The position numbers and the translations under genes were made by a program. A DNA stretch of 17,123 nucleotides from Candidatus Eiseniibacteriota bacterium (GTDB lineage: Bacteria; Eisenbacteria; RBG-16-71-46), in contig JBGAOA010000081.1 of the NCBI GenBank assembly GCA_044222065.1, positions 1-17,123 on the forward strand, written 5' to 3'. A model generated the notes under the pieces. The model ran no database searches and was not told the DNA's origin. It saw only the letters and a program-made list of their open reading frames with translations. Shown in pieces: positions 1 through 7,875 of the stretch (the first letter of the stretch is position 1; each line of letters starts with the position of its first letter).

Positions 1-1000
1 CGGCGCCGAGCGCGCGTTCGAACTCGGCGGCGCTCGCGAAGCGCTGGGCGGGATCGGGATCGAGCGCGCGCTCGATCGCTTCGACGAGCGGGCGCGGCAG
101 CTCGGGACGCGCTTCGCGCAGTGCGAGGCGTTCGCCGCGCGCGAGCCGCGCGCGCACGTCGGCGAGCGAGGCCCCCTCGACCGGATACCGCGCGGTCAGC
201 AGGCGGAACAGCACGACGCCGAGCGAATAGACGTCGGCGCGCGCCGTCGGTTCGTCGCCCGCGAGCACCTCGGGCGCCGCGAAGAGCGGCGTGCCGAACG
301 CCGCGAGTCCCGCGCCGCGCGCTTCGGTGGCGGAGCCGAAGTCCATGAGCACGATGCGCCCCGAGCGGTCCGCGGCGCCCGCGGTGCCCTCGCGCATGAC
401 GTTTTTCGTCGTGACGTCGCCGTGCACGAGCCCCGCGGCGTGCACCGCCGCGAGCGCGCCGCACAGGTCGAGCCCGAGCCCCGCGGCTTCGCGCGCGCCG
501 AGCGGACCGGACTCGCGCAGCGCGTCTTCGAGCGTGCGGCCGCGTACGAGCTCGGTCCAGATGCCGGCGCGGCCGTCGTGCTCGTCGGCGCCGAGTACGG
601 ACAGCACGTTCGGGTGACGGACGCGCGCGAGCCGCCGCGCCTCGTCGAGCCAGCGGCGTGCGCCGAGCGGCGACGACTCCGCGTCCTCGCGTCGCAGCTT
701 GAGCGCGACCTCGCGCTTGAGCTGCGGGTCGCGGGCGCGGAACACCTCGGCGAACGAGCCCTCGCCGATCTTCTCGAGCGCCTCGAGCGCGCCCCAGCGG
801 AACCGCACGTCCGCCGGAGCGTCGTCGCGGACGCGGGCGATCGCGGCCTCGAACGCCGCGATCTCGCGCAGGCGTTCGAGCGCTGGCGAACGGTCGGGCG
901 TGCGCTCGCGCTCGCGTTCCCAGTCCACGGGCGTGCGGTCGGCGATCGCCTCCGCCAGCGTTTCGATCGCGTCTTTCGCGCGCGGCTCACGCTCGCTCAT
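1..1000 (-). CDS. Hanks-type (Ser/Thr) protein kinase, 3' end truncated by window edge
   Basis: Not in the ORF track (no stop in window); translated by hand. ATG at 1000 preceded by GGAGGAG; begins MSEREPRAKDAIETLAEAIADRTPVDWE. Motifs: KIGEGSFAEVF (Gly loop), EVALK, VHGDVTTKNVM, VLMDFG, GTPLFAAPE, ADVYSLGVVLF. Overlaps the end of the sigma gene by 14 nt. Confidence 0.95.
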   Translation of the reverse strand, partial: MSEREPRAKDAIETLAEAIADRTPVDWERERERTPDRSPALERLREIAAFEAAIARVRDDAPADVRFRWGALEALEKIGEGSFAEVFRARDPQLKREVALKLRREDAESSPLGARRWLDEARRLARVRHPNVLSVLGADEHDGRAGIWTELVRGRTLEDALRESGPLGAREAAGLGLDLCGALAAVHAAGLVHGDVTTKNVMREGTAGAADRSGRIVLMDFGSATEARGAGLAAFGTPLFAAPEVLAGDEPTARADVYSLGVVLFRLLTARYPVEGASLADVRARLARGERLALREARPELPRPLVEAIERALDPDPAQRFASAAEFERALGA

Positions 1001-1568
1001 CCGGCTCCTCCATGGCTTCCGCGAGACGCGCGATCGCGCGCGAGACCGTCATGCGGGCGGTGTTCGCCGAGTTCTTGCCGAGCGCCTCGGCGATCTCGTC
1101 GTAACCGAGTCCCATTTCGATCCGCATGAAGACGGCCTCCTGCTGTTCCTCGCCGAGGCGCGAGAACGCCTCGTCGTAGCGTTCGACGAGGTCGCGGCCG
1201 AGCGCGGATTCCAGCGGCGACGGCCGTGGGTCCACGAGCGCGTCGCCCGGTTCTTCCTGCACGCCGCGAGTCGCCGAACGCGCGATCTCGTCCCGCATGA
1301 CGTTGATGAGAATGCGTCGCAGATAGGCGAGGAACGCCCCCGGGTGCCGGGGTTCGAACCTCTCCATCTGCTTCAACACCCGGATCATCGTGATCTGCAC
1401 AAGATCGTCGGTGTCGGCGAGGCCCCGTGAACGGGCGGGCATGCGGCCCTGGGCCCAGCGGCGCAGGAGCGGCAGGTAGCGCGCGAGCAGGCGGTCGCGG
1501 GCGGCATCGTCGCCCGCGCGAACGCGCTCGAGCAGCAGGGCGGTGGACTCGGGGGCGGGCGAGGACAT
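987..1568 (-). CDS. ECF (sigma-70 group 4) RNA polymerase sigma factor, kinase-associated type
   Basis: 193 aa; region 2 (GDDAARDRLLARYLPLL..DTDDLVQ..FLAYLRRILINVMRD) and region 4 (RLGEEQQEAVFMR..GLGYDEIAEALG..TARMTVSRA). Confidence 0.93.
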   Translation of the reverse strand: MSSPAPESTALLLERVRAGDDAARDRLLARYLPLLRRWAQGRMPARSRGLADTDDLVQITMIRVLKQMERFEPRHPGAFLAYLRRILINVMRDEIARSATRGVQEEPGDALVDPRPSPLESALGRDLVERYDEAFSRLGEEQQEAVFMRIEMGLGYDEIAEALGKNSANTARMTVSRAIARLAEAMEEPDERA

Positions 1569-1672
1569 GCGCGCGAAGTGTAGGAAGCGGAAGCGGCAGC
1601 GACAACCGGGAGTTCTGACGTCGCCGGAACCCGCTCAGTCCGGCGGGCGGGCCGGCCGATACCTCCCGGGTC

Positions 1673-2491
1673 ATGGCAGGCGGACTCGAACTCCTTCCGA
1701 CCCCCGCGGGGCTCGCGGTGGCCGCGACGTGCGTCGCGGCCGGCATTCCGTGCGCGCTCGAAGGCTGGCGCGTGTGGCGGCTGTCGCGCGCGCTCGGCGG
1801 CATCCGGCGCGTCGCGGTCGCGGACGCGCACGAGGGCTTCGCCCATCTCGCGGGCAAGGTCGTGCTCGAGAGCCCGCTGTTCGCGCCGCTCTCGGGGGCC
1901 GCGTGCGCCGCGTACCGGCTCGAGTTCGTGGATCCGCACGGCGTGACCGTCGCGTCGCACTCCGAGTGCCGCCCGTTCGGCGTGCTCGACGGCGACGCCG
2001 TCGCCCACGTCGAACCCGGACGCGCGCAGCTCGACTTCGCGGTCACGACGACGCGCGAGGCGCTCGAGCGCGAGGCGCTGAGCGAGAACGTCGAGGCGAT
2101 CCTCGCGCGCTCGCCCGAGGCGCAGTGGCTGCGGCGGAACGGTTCGGTGCGGCTCGTCGAGACGTCGCTCGTGGCCGGCGGCTTCTGCCACGTCGTGGGG
2201 CGCGTGCGGCACCGCGAGGAAGCGGTGCGGGTCGAGCAGGAGTGGCTGCGCACCGGCACCGACGACGTTGCCATCGGCGGCGAGACGACGCTGAGCGGCG
2301 CGGAGGTGTGGGTGGACGAGGGCGGCGCCGACGGCTTCCTGCTCGTGTCGGACCGCAGTCCCGAGGAGCGCGCGCTGCGGCTGCCACGCTGGCGCGCGCT
2401 CGGCCTCGTCGCCGGTCCCGCGCTCACGATCGCCGGGCTCGTGTACCTCGCGCACCTCGCCGAGCAGCTGCGCGGCGCGCGCGGGTTCTAG
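1673..2491 (+). CDS. GIDE/BAM-domain-like membrane protein (N- and C-terminal TM helices)
   Basis: Hydrophobic ends; core LFAPLSGAACAAY..PFGVLDG..AHVEP..ETSLVAGGFCHVVG..LLVSDRSPEE aligns by eye with the next ORF and the GIDE pattern. The start has no clear RBS. Confidence 0.65.
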   Translation: MAGGLELLPTPAGLAVAATCVAAGIPCALEGWRVWRLSRALGGIRRVAVADAHEGFAHLAGKVVLESPLFAPLSGAACAAYRLEFVDPHGVTVASHSECRPFGVLDGDAVAHVEPGRAQLDFAVTTTREALEREALSENVEAILARSPEAQWLRRNGSVRLVETSLVAGGFCHVVGRVRHREEAVRVEQEWLRTGTDDVAIGGETTLSGAEVWVDEGGADGFLLVSDRSPEERALRLPRWRALGLVAGPALTIAGLVYLAHLAEQLRGARGF

Positions 2492-2500
2492 GGAGGAGCG

Positions 2501-3313
2501 ATGGACGACCTTCGGTGGCAGTTCATCGCGGGCTGTTGCGTGATCGGCGGGCCGATCGCGTTCTACCGCGGCTTCCGCGACCTGCACGTGCGGCGCCTGA
2601 TCGACAACACGCCGACGTCGAACATCGCCTCGATGGCGATCGGCATGGTCGAGGTGAACGGCTCGACGATCGGCCGCAGCCGCACCGTCGCGCCGTTCTC
2701 GGGCCGCGAGTGCGTGTACTGGCAGATCGAGGTCGCCACGCGCGGACGCCCTCGCGACGGCTGGCGGACCGTGCACAAGAACGCGTCGGGCAATCCGTTC
2801 TTCCTGCGCGACCCGAGCGGCGTGGCGATGGTCTATCCGCGCGGCGCCGAGTGCCGGCTGCAGCACGGCGTCGAGGAGGACTGCCTCGGCATCAGCCTGC
2901 CGCCCGTGTACGCGGACTACTTGAACGAGGTCGTCGGGGCGCAGTCGAAGCTGTGGCGGCTCGGGCACATGCGCTTCCGCGAGCGCCTGCTCGAGGAGGG
3001 GCAGCGGATCTACGTGATGGGCTACGCGGCCCCGAAGGCCAACGCGCTCACGATTTCCGAGCCCGAGGAGGACCTCGAGGCCACCGGAACGGAGAACTAT
3101 TCCGCGCGCCGCATCCGGCCGATACAAGACGAGGTCTCGGCGGTGATCCGCCAGGGACAGAACGAGAAGACGTTCATCATCAGCCAGGACTCGGAGAAGA
3201 CGGTGTCGCTGATGTACGGCCTCAAGGCGAGCGGGAAGCTCGTCGGCGGACCGATCGCGACGCTCGCGGGACTGGCGTACTGGCTCGATTTCCTGAGGCG
3301 GATGAGCCACTGA
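2501..3313 (+). CDS. GIDE/BAM-domain membrane protein
   Basis: GGAGGAG RBS; RLIDNTPTSNIAS..GMVEVNG..APFSGRECVYW..PFFLRDPSG..RFRERLLEEGQRIYVMG..FIISQDSEK; TM helix at each end. Confidence 0.85.
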   Translation: MDDLRWQFIAGCCVIGGPIAFYRGFRDLHVRRLIDNTPTSNIASMAIGMVEVNGSTIGRSRTVAPFSGRECVYWQIEVATRGRPRDGWRTVHKNASGNPFFLRDPSGVAMVYPRGAECRLQHGVEEDCLGISLPPVYADYLNEVVGAQSKLWRLGHMRFRERLLEEGQRIYVMGYAAPKANALTISEPEEDLEATGTENYSARRIRPIQDEVSAVIRQGQNEKTFIISQDSEKTVSLMYGLKASGKLVGGPIATLAGLAYWLDFLRRMSH

Positions 3314-3356
3314 CGGCGCATCCGCGATTTCCGGCCGCAACGCACGGGGGAACCCG

Positions 3357-3938
3357 ATGAATCATCCGGGAGAGATTCTGGTCACCGTCGCTCTGGGCTT
3401 CATGGTCGTGGGGCTCTTGGGCTACGCGATCTCGATCTACAACGGCCTCATCGCGCTGAGGAACAACATCGGCCGTGCGTGGGCGAACATCGACGTGCTC
3501 TTGAAGCAGCGGCACGACGAGCTGCCGAAGCTCGTGGCGACGTGCGAGGGCTACATGCAGCACGAGCGCGCCGTGTTCGACAAGCTGTCGGAGGCGCGGG
3601 CGGCGCTCGCCGGCGCGCGCGGCGTCGCGCAGCGGGCCGAGATCGAGAACCAGATCACGCGCGCGATCGGCCAGATCTTCGCCGTCGCCGAGCAGTACCC
3701 CGTGCTCAAGGCCGACCAGGCGTTCCTCGCGCTGCAGAGCCGCATCAGCCAGCTCGAGAACCAGATCGCGGACCGCCGCGAGTTCTACAACGACACCGTG
3801 ACGACCTTCAACACGCGCATCCAGCAGGTGCCGGACATCATCGTGGCGAACTGGCTGTCGTTCCAGCCGAGCGAACTGTTCAAGGTCGCCGAGTCCGACC
3901 GCGAGGACGTGAAGATCCAGTTCAAGATGGCGGGGTGA
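3357..3938 (+). CDS. lemA: LemA family protein
   Basis: N-terminal TM, then YNGLIALRNNIGRAWANIDVLLKQRHDELPKLV..AVAEQYPVLKAD..LENQIADRREFYNDTVTTFNTRIQQVP, the typical LemA signature. Confidence 0.95.
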   Translation: MNHPGEILVTVALGFMVVGLLGYAISIYNGLIALRNNIGRAWANIDVLLKQRHDELPKLVATCEGYMQHERAVFDKLSEARAALAGARGVAQRAEIENQITRAIGQIFAVAEQYPVLKADQAFLALQSRISQLENQIADRREFYNDTVTTFNTRIQQVPDIIVANWLSFQPSELFKVAESDREDVKIQFKMAG

Positions 3939-3960
3939 CGCAGTAGCATCGCCCCCATCC

Positions 3961-3986
3961 GCGGCGCGCCCCTCGGCGTCCGCCGC
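3961..3986 (+). terminator. Imperfect GC hairpin after lemA, possible terminator
   Basis: GCGGCG-CGCC cctc GGCG-tc-CGCCGC; only a weak pyrimidine tail (gccttctc). Confidence 0.3.
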
Positions 3987-4012
3987 GCCTTCTCAGGGAT
4001 GGAGGGCGGAGC

Positions 4013-6895
4013 ATGAACGGAATCGAATCGAGACGGGCACCGTGTGAAGCGGTGCCCGTTGGTGCCTCCAGATCACTGGCGAAGAGCGGCGCGCGATGCC
4101 GCTGGCGGTCAGCAGCGCTCGTGCTGGCCTCGATCGTTTTCGTGAGTCCCATCTGCCTCGCGTCGAGCCGCTTCCTGGCCCCCGCGCACTACACTTATGC
4201 GGGATACGGAGATCCCTTCGTTCGCTCCGGCGGCTTCGCCCTGGGGGACTTTGACGAAGACGGAGTGGTGGACGCGGTCTCGCTATCGCTCGTCGGCGAC
4301 GGGGTGGCCGTCCTGCTCGGCCGCGGGGACGGGACCTTTTCGCTCGAGCACGGATTCGGAGTGGGTCGCCCGCGCTGCTTCGCCGTCGCCGACTTCGATC
4401 GGGACGGCCATGAGGACGTGGCAGCGTTGGACGATCGAAGCTGCCGCGTCTACTTCGGAAGTGGGCCCTCACTTGATTGGCAGGAGGTCGCGATCGACCT
4501 TCCCTTGGCCGCCCAGCAGATGGCCGCGGCGGATTTCGATGGGGACGGGCAACCGGACCTCGCTCTCGCGAGTTGGTCAAATGAGCTCCGCGTGCTGATG
4601 AGCCGACCGAGTCGCGCCTTCTCCCAGATTGCCAGCCCAGAGGACAGCATCGATGGCACGCCGATCGACCTTCTCTCGGCCGATCTCAATCGAGACGGCC
4701 TCGCGGATCTCGTGCTGAGAAGCTCCCCGATTCAGGCTCTGTTACTCACCTCTCGCGGCGATGGGACGTTTCATCGGCGCACGATGGAGTCCCAACTCCT
4801 CGGCAATGACCTCGTCGTCACGGATGCGACTGGAGATGGGATTCCCGACCTCGTGACGGCCGGCTGGTTCTCGGTCGCGGTTCTTCCCGGGCTCGGTGAC
4901 GGGACCCTTGGGCAGCCGACGACGACGAGTTCGTACTTCTGGCTGCACGAAGAGCCGCAAGGGGTCGCCGTTGGAGACGTGACGGGCGACGGGATCGATG
5001 ACGTGCTGGTCACGCTTCAGTCCAGGGTCGCCACGTTCGCCGGGCTTGGGGGAGGCGTCTATGAAGCCCGGTCGGACGTCTGGGGTACACCGACACTGGG
5101 GGAACCGCTGTTGACGGATCTCAACGGTGACGAGCGACTCGACCTGATCTCCACTGAGCTGGAGAACTCGGGCATCAGCAGCATGCTTGGAGATGGGGCC
5201 GGCAGATTCGGCGAGCGAACATCTCCGGCCTGTTGGGCCGGACCGAACGCACTGCCCGTCGCGATTGCAGATGTCGATGAAGATGGACGACGCGATCTCA
5301 TCGCGTTGAACTTCTCGAACGATGGCCTGCAGTACTGGACGGGTGTAGCACTCTCCCGTGGGGTCCGAGGATTCGAATACGTGGGAAGTCCCGCATTCCC
5401 GCCTCATTTGAATCGCATGCAAGTCGAGGATTTCGATCAGGACGGACATCTCGACTTGATCGGTTGGGGGCAGGGCAGCTTCGGCTATTTGCCTGGCGAT
5501 GGCGCCGGGAGCTTCGGAGAGCATCGCACGCTCCCGTCGGCCCTCGACTCGCGAGTCGCCGATGTCAACGGGGATTCGCGTCCGGACATCGTGAGCGCCT
5601 CCGGGAATTCGATTCGGGTCAGGTTGAATCTCGGGTATGGCGAAGTCTCGAGCGAGATACTCACGGCCCTTCCCCCCGGGGTCCGCTTCCACCACTTCCT
5701 CGTCGGTGACCTGAATGGCGACTCACGGTCCGATCTGGCAGCAGCCGCTTACTCCACGGGTGAACCAGTCGCCTGGACTACGAGCCTGTTGGCCTATTCG
5801 ACGGGAGACGGGCACTTTGAATTGCAGGAGCGGATCTGGACAGGACAACCGAACGAGCCCGCGATCTTCGACGCGAATGAGGACGGGCGATTGGATTTCG
5901 GGGTCTTGGAGCGAATGCAGACCGCGGTTGGGTACTCGAGCGTAGAGGACCTTTGGCACATCCGAATTCAAGACTCCAACGGCAACCTGGGTCCGGAAGT
6001 TCTCGAAGAGTGGCCCGCTCGGTCGACCCCGGGCGGCAGCCGAATGTCGCTTGGTCCTGGTGAGGTGCCGACCTGGTTCCTCCATCGCTCGGCGTTCGGT
6101 GTGAGGCGAGGGGACGAGTCGGGTCGAACGATCGAGTGGGATGAGTATTCCGGGCTCGATCCCTATCCGCCTGATCCGGTGTTCGGGGACCTCGACGGAG
6201 ACGGACGCTCGGAATTCACCATCCGCCGTTTGGAGGGCGGGCCCCAAGGCGACAGCTTGCGCATCTTCTGGGGCCGCGACCCCGAGCCTCCGACCGGCAT
6301 CGTGTACGAGCCGCCGGGCGGGCTCGTGATGGCGGCTGGGCACGTGAAGACCCTGCGCTGGAAGGCGCAGGACAACCGCGGGCTCACGACGACGGACCTG
6401 TTCTTGTCCCGGCACGGCCGCCGCGGACCGTACGAGCGCATCGCCCTCGAGCTGCAGGACGCGACGTCGTACGACTGGAATGTGACGGGGCCGCTGTCGG
6501 ATAGCGTCGCGATCAAGCTCGTGATGCACGACGTGGATCGGAACGTCGGACTCGCGATCACGAGCGAGATGGGGCGGATCGTCGAGACGCTCGATGCGAG
6601 CGACGAGGGTTCGCGCCCGCGCGCGCTCGCGATCCGCGGCGTGACGCCGAACCCGGCGCGCGAGTCCGTGTCGTTCGACCTCGACGTGCCGGCGGAGTCG
6701 GCGGTGACGCTCGACCTGATGGACCTGCAAGGGCGGCGCGTGGCGCGGCTGTGGAGTGCGGAGCGGGAGCCCGCGGAAACGCGGCGGCTGACGTTCACGC
6801 GCTCACAGCTTCGTGGCGCGAGCGCGGGGATCTACTTCGTGCGGGCGCAGGCCGGCGGCGCGACGGCCGTCCGGCGCGTGGCGCTGCTCGACTGA
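4013..6895 (+). CDS. Secreted FG-GAP/VCBS repeat protein with an Ig-like domain and a C-terminal FlgD/T9SS type A-like domain
   Basis: Signal-like RWRSAALVLASIVFVSPICLA; more than ten D-[FLV]-[DN]-x-D-G-x-x-D-type repeats (e.g. GDFDEDGVVD, ADFDGDGQPD, ADLNRDGLAD); Ig-like EPPGG..TLRWKAQD..SYDWNV; C-terminal GVTPNP..LDLMDLQGRRVARL..AGIYFVRAQAG..RRVALLD. Confidence 0.88.
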   Translation: MNGIESRRAPCEAVPVGASRSLAKSGARCRWRSAALVLASIVFVSPICLASSRFLAPAHYTYAGYGDPFVRSGGFALGDFDEDGVVDAVSLSLVGDGVAVLLGRGDGTFSLEHGFGVGRPRCFAVADFDRDGHEDVAALDDRSCRVYFGSGPSLDWQEVAIDLPLAAQQMAAADFDGDGQPDLALASWSNELRVLMSRPSRAFSQIASPEDSIDGTPIDLLSADLNRDGLADLVLRSSPIQALLLTSRGDGTFHRRTMESQLLGNDLVVTDATGDGIPDLVTAGWFSVAVLPGLGDGTLGQPTTTSSYFWLHEEPQGVAVGDVTGDGIDDVLVTLQSRVATFAGLGGGVYEARSDVWGTPTLGEPLLTDLNGDERLDLISTELENSGISSMLGDGAGRFGERTSPACWAGPNALPVAIADVDEDGRRDLIALNFSNDGLQYWTGVALSRGVRGFEYVGSPAFPPHLNRMQVEDFDQDGHLDLIGWGQGSFGYLPGDGAGSFGEHRTLPSALDSRVADVNGDSRPDIVSASGNSIRVRLNLGYGEVSSEILTALPPGVRFHHFLVGDLNGDSRSDLAAAAYSTGEPVAWTTSLLAYSTGDGHFELQERIWTGQPNEPAIFDANEDGRLDFGVLERMQTAVGYSSVEDLWHIRIQDSNGNLGPEVLEEWPARSTPGGSRMSLGPGEVPTWFLHRSAFGVRRGDESGRTIEWDEYSGLDPYPPDPVFGDLDGDGRSEFTIRRLEGGPQGDSLRIFWGRDPEPPTGIVYEPPGGLVMAAGHVKTLRWKAQDNRGLTTTDLFLSRHGRRGPYERIALELQDATSYDWNVTGPLSDSVAIKLVMHDVDRNVGLAITSEMGRIVETLDASDEGSRPRALAIRGVTPNPARESVSFDLDVPAESAVTLDLMDLQGRRVARLWSAEREPAETRRLTFTRSQLRGASAGIYFVRAQAGGATAVRRVALLD

Positions 6896-6936
6896 GCCGC
6901 GCGGCGCGAACTCCCGCACACACGAATGCCCCGGGC
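6894..6936 (+). repeat. Left copy of a degenerate direct repeat flanking the TA module
   Basis: GAGCCGCG...CACGAATGCCCCGGGC; 6921-6936 matches 7798-7813 at 15 of 16 positions. Confidence 0.55.
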
Positions 6937-7121
6937 GGTTGGCCTGCTCCGAGATTCAAAATGCTGGTGCGCCCGATCCGCCGTCACCTTCGAAGGACGA
7001 GAGGTCAGGGAACCCGTCCCTCTCCTTCGCCCCTCCTCTGCGGTGTATTCTCCGCCTCGGTCTGATCGCGAAACCGAGCCGTCGCGTGGAAGCGACGCGG
7101 TCGTTCGAACGGAGCAATTTC

Positions 7122-7424
7122 ATGTCTGAATTCATTGGCTACGACGCCATGGACCTCGCCCGTCTCTGCTCGCGCTGGAGAGTGCGGGAGCTGTCGTTCT
7201 TCGGCTCGCTGGCCGATGGCACGTTCGGCGAGTCGAGTGACGTGGACGTCCTCGTGACGTTCGACGCGAGCGCCGGCTGGAGCCTGGCGGACCTCGTCGA
7301 GATGCGAGAGGAACTGGTCGCGTTGTTTCGGCGCGAGGTCGATCTCGTCGAGGAAGCGGCGCTCCAGAATCCTTTCCGCCGTGCGGCGATCTTGAAATCG
7401 AAGCGAGTGGTTCATGCGGCCTGA
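7122..7424 (+). CDS. mntA: Minimal nucleotidyltransferase (MNT) antitoxin
   Basis: ATG at 7122 after GGAG (in frame with track ORF 6813..7424); 100 aa; FGSLADGTFGESSDVDVLV fits GS-x10-DxD; also REVDLVEE..LQNP. Confidence 0.9.
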   Translation: MSEFIGYDAMDLARLCSRWRVRELSFFGSLADGTFGESSDVDVLVTFDASAGWSLADLVEMREELVALFRREVDLVEEAALQNPFRRAAILKSKRVVHAA

Positions 7425-7779
7425 AGAACGGGACGCAGCTCACCTCTGGGACATGCTTCGCGCGGCCCGCGAAGCGCACCGCTTCGCTTCCGAGGTATCG
7501 GCACATTCGTTCGCAACCGACCGCATGCGACAGCTCGCCGTCGAGCGCGCGGTCGAGATCATCGGTGAGGCCGCGAATCGCGTCTCGGAAGCGTGTCGCT
7601 CGAGGCATCCGGAAATCCCGTGGCGCTCGATCATCGCTCAGCGAAACGTCCTCGCGCACGAGTACGGAGAGATCAGGCAGGAACGCATGCACGCGCTCGC
7701 GACAACGAGGCTTGTGGAACTCATCGCGCAGCTCGAGCGGGTCGTGCCGCCCGCTCCAGAGGCGCCTCCCGCGGGATAG
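7414..7779 (+). CDS. hepT: HEPN (DUF86/HepT-like) RNase toxin
   Basis: LAVERAVEIIGEAANRVS..HPEIPWRSIIAQRNVLAHEY contains the R-x4-H-x-Y motif; overlaps the MNT gene by 11 nt. Confidence 0.92.
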   Translation: MRPEERDAAHLWDMLRAAREAHRFASEVSAHSFATDRMRQLAVERAVEIIGEAANRVSEACRSRHPEIPWRSIIAQRNVLAHEYGEIRQERMHALATTRLVELIAQLERVVPPAPEAPPAG

Positions 7780-7813
7780 AGCCGCGACCGCGCTCCGCAC
7801 GAACGCCCCGGGC
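7779..7813 (+). repeat. Right copy of the degenerate direct repeat
   Basis: GAGCCGCG...CACGAACGCCCCGGGC; its 3' part forms the left arm of the hairpin. Confidence 0.55.
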
Positions 7814-7832
7814 TGCTTCGCCCGGGGCGTTC
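7801..7832. terminator. Perfect 13-bp hairpin between convergent genes, likely (bidirectional) terminator
   Basis: GAACGCCCCGGGC-TGCTTC-GCCCGGGGCGTTC, between the hepT stop (7779) and the cytochrome stop (7876); U-tract is weak. Confidence 0.7.
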
Positions 7833-7875
7833 CGTTTCGCGCGGGCCCTTGCCTTCCGCGCGATCCGTCTTCGCG

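Noticed and set aside
196..1129. Track ORFs 196..990 (-) and 422..1129 (+)
   Set aside because: The real gene is the kinase in another minus frame starting at 1000.
1606..1669. Short inverted repeat CCGGGAG...CTCCCGG and a GGAAC motif in the divergent intergenic region
   Set aside because: Seven GC-rich bases are expected by chance, and no matching ECF -10 element was found at the proper spacing.
1385..3360. Long ORFs 1385..3340 (-) and 1543..3360 (+)
   Set aside because: Antisense or off-frame shadows of the GIDE genes, with biased composition.
4013..6250. Repetitive pattern considered as a CRISPR array or DGR-type repeat
   Set aside because: The repeats are protein-level FG-GAP motifs with divergent DNA; no constant repeat-spacer structure and no reverse transcriptase or cas gene in the window.
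6813..7121. N-terminal extension of the MNT ORF; likewise the track's upstream starts for the cytochrome, FadL, second YeeE, PsrC and PsrA
   Set aside because: Most extensions overlap upstream genes and are not protein-like; the downstream starts have an RBS or stop-start coupling.
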